Source: Patescibacteria group bacterium (GTDB lineage: Bacteria > Patescibacteriota > Patescibacteriia > 2-01-FULL-39-33). From it: a stretch of DNA of 32,000 bases. Below are positions 30,366 to 32,000 of this stretch, piece after piece; position 1 is the stretch's first letter; every line of letters begins with the position of its first letter. The notes below the pieces were generated by a model. That model was not told where the DNA came from. It saw only the letters and a program-made list of their open reading frames with translations, and ran no database searches. The translations under genes were made by a program, and so were the position numbers. The stretch is from assembly GCA_041662745.1 (NCBI GenBank), contig JBAZRV010000001.1, positions 60,001-92,000 of the forward strand. The letters are read 5' to 3'.

Positions 30366-30689
30366 TTATTCAACAGTTAGACGACAGACATTGAATCCAT
30401 CTTTGCTTTTACAACCAACCCCACACTCATAGTCACCGCGATCTAAATTAGGATCGCCCTTTGCGGTTGCAGAATCTTCCACCCAATCACGACAAGCCTG
30501 AACTGAACCGACATCTATTTCGCTTTCCCATTCGGTGAGATTATTGACGTCAGGATAATAGAAGGCATCCACTTTCTCCCATGGGGCATTACTATCTGCC
30601 CAAAAAATACCCGCCAAGAACCCCGGAGCAGCAGAAAGCACCCAAACTACGAGCACTACTCCTAAGATCCATTTAATAGCTGTTTTCAT
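30366..30689 (-). CDS. small membrane-anchored/secreted Cys-containing protein
   Basis: 107 aa. N-terminal TM/signal (WILGVVLVVWVLSAAPGFLAGIFW) and 4 Cys in the C-terminal half. It starts 42 nt from the tRNA-Ser 3' end and is 3 nt from the next gene. Confidence 0.6.
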   Translation of the reverse strand: MKTAIKWILGVVLVVWVLSAAPGFLAGIFWADSNAPWEKVDAFYYPDVNNLTEWESEIDVGSVQACRDWVEDSATAKGDPNLDRGDYECGVGCKSKDGFNVCRLTVE

Positions 30690-30731
30690 ATGGTTATATG
30701 ACTGGCTTTAAAAAGTTCAAAGTTGCCAATC

Positions 30732-30822
30732 TGGCGGAGAGGGGGAGATTCGAACTCCCGAGGGGCTATAAACCCCTGCCGCTTTTCGAGAGCGGTACCT
30801 TCAACCACTCAGACACCTCTCC
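30732..30822 (-). tRNA. tRNA-Ser (anticodon CGA), type II with a long variable arm and encoded CCA
   Basis: The reverse complement folds by hand as GGAGAGG-UG-UCUGAGUGGUUGAAGGUA-CCGCU-CUCGAAA-AGCGG-CAGGGGUUUAUAGCCCCUC-GGGAG-UUCGAAU-CUCCC-CCUCUCC-G-CCA. Confidence 0.9.
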
Positions 30823-30830
30823 AAAATAAA

Positions 30831-32000
30831 TCACTTCTTATACCTGATGTTTAAGGTTGATACGGCCAGAAGTATCCAAACCAATAAAGACAAGTCATTC
30901 TTAAAATAAGGCACGTCCACCAATCCATGGATCACGATTTCCAAAGCTACGGCCATAAAAACCACGCTGGCAATCTTATCAAACGGCCATTCCTGGCTGT
31001 AGCGCCAAACAATGGAAAAAATATTCTTCAGATTGTCATAAACAAACTTGCCCGCCAGCCACAAAAAAGCGCCGATACCCAAAACTCCGACTTCGCTCCA
31101 AAAATTAAACAGAATATTGTGCGGGTAAGGAAACACCTCAAACCAATGGGTATGATAAGGCAAAATAGAGGCCGGATAGCCGGCCAAACCGCCGCCGAAA
31201 AACCAATGATCCTTAAGCATCTGCCGGGTTTCGCCCCAGATTAACCGGCGGATAAAACCGGAGTAATCCTGCAAGGATACCTTTTGCCAAATCAAATCGC
31301 GCCAACCGCTGTTAAGCAGAACAATTGTAGCGGAAAAGACCAAAAATATCAAGGCATAGCCGCGGGAACGGCGGTTAAACAAAAGCAGTAAGAAACTGAC
31401 TGCTAAAACAGCCAGGATAGCGCCCTCTGATTGCGCCAAGACAATAACGCTGAAGCCGACGATAATAACCAGCCATTTCAGCCACTGTCGCTGGCGGTTG
31501 GACAGATAAAGCAACAGCGAATCTTGGTTGCGATAAAACAAAAAACCGACGAAGGCGATAATAATCGGCCCGAAAAACAAGCCCAGGGCGTTGGGGTAAC
31601 CATAAGTGCCGACCACCCGGTCAACGCTGCCGGTAGCGGTTAAAAACGCTTGGGGCACACCCCAACCGGTGAGTTTTTGCGCGTAACAAATCAGTCCCAT
31701 GTATAACACCGACAAGCCCAAACTCCAAAAAACCCCCTCTATCTGCCGGCGGACATCAACTAATGAAATCAAAATGAAATAAAACATGATCGGCTCCGCA
31801 AAATACGCTTTCCAGGCGCCTAAGGCCTTTAACGGCAGAGGCGAGACAAAAACCGCAATCGTAACAGCAATCAAAACCGCCAAGGCCGGATAAAACAAAG
31901 GATCGGATTTGATGACCGACCAATGGAAGTTCCTTTTCAATAAAACGACAATAAATAAAATCAGCACCATTGCCTCCAGCCAAGTAAAAGGAATGGTAAA
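30831..32000 (-). CDS. O-antigen ligase/polymerase-like (Wzy_C-type) polytopic membrane protein, 5'-partial
   Basis: At least 10 TM segments and a large loop with QSEGAILAVLAV... typical of the O-antigen ligase family. The frame stays open upstream of the ATG at 31970 to the window edge. The stop lies 8 nt from the tRNA 5' end. Confidence 0.65.
   Translation of the reverse strand, partial: FTIPFTWLEAMVLILFIVVLLKRNFHWSVIKSDPLFYPALAVLIAVTIAVFVSPLPLKALGAWKAYFAEPIMFYFILISLVDVRRQIEGVFWSLGLSVLYMGLICYAQKLTGWGVPQAFLTATGSVDRVVGTYGYPNALGLFFGPIIIAFVGFLFYRNQDSLLLYLSNRQRQWLKWLVIIVGFSVIVLAQSEGAILAVLAVSFLLLLFNRRSRGYALIFLVFSATIVLLNSGWRDLIWQKVSLQDYSGFIRRLIWGETRQMLKDHWFFGGGLAGYPASILPYHTHWFEVFPYPHNILFNFWSEVGVLGIGAFLWLAGKFVYDNLKNIFSIVWRYSQEWPFDKIASVVFMAVALEIVIHGLVDVPYFKNDLSLLVWILLAVSTLNIRYKK

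Overview
The gene content suggests a streamlined Patescibacteria/CPR-like bacterial chromosome, though this is inference and no marker gene is present. Most genes lie on the minus strand and are housekeeping: phosphohexomutase, HD hydrolase, HU, YmdB-like phosphoesterase, HtpX, LemA, RNase Y, ClpP, an NrnA-like DHH protein, a SIS-type sugar-phosphate isomerase, an orphan ABC solute-binding protein, a partial O-antigen-ligase-like protein and tRNA-Ser(CGA). I found no rRNA, CRISPR array, integrase or transposase. Seven accessory elements stand out. (1) A very AT-rich gene string sits directly against the 3' end of tRNA-Ser and encodes a CYTH-like enzyme, an orphan with a HEPN-like Rx5H motif, an atypical histidine phosphatase and small membrane or secreted proteins. 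(2) Two GC-rich 245-aa paralogs, 7 kb apart, are each driven by a perfect TTGACA-17-TATAAT promoter and a conserved, apparently structured 5' leader. A third, unrelated orphan gene shares the promoter, the 5' hairpin and a GCACCUAMAA leader motif. (3) Five secreted two-TM genes resembling T4SS (TrbC/VirB2-type) pilins lie in tandem with no secretion ATPase in the window. (4) An Elp3-type radical-SAM/GNAT gene lies about 1.1 kb from a Trm9-like methyltransferase. (5) A tightly packed three-gene operon ends in a 1056-aa low-complexity, glycine-zipper membrane protein. (6) Two genes have leaderless-mRNA promoter geometry. (7) There are several short tandem duplications and palindromes. All functional calls come from motifs read by eye, and no database search was possible.
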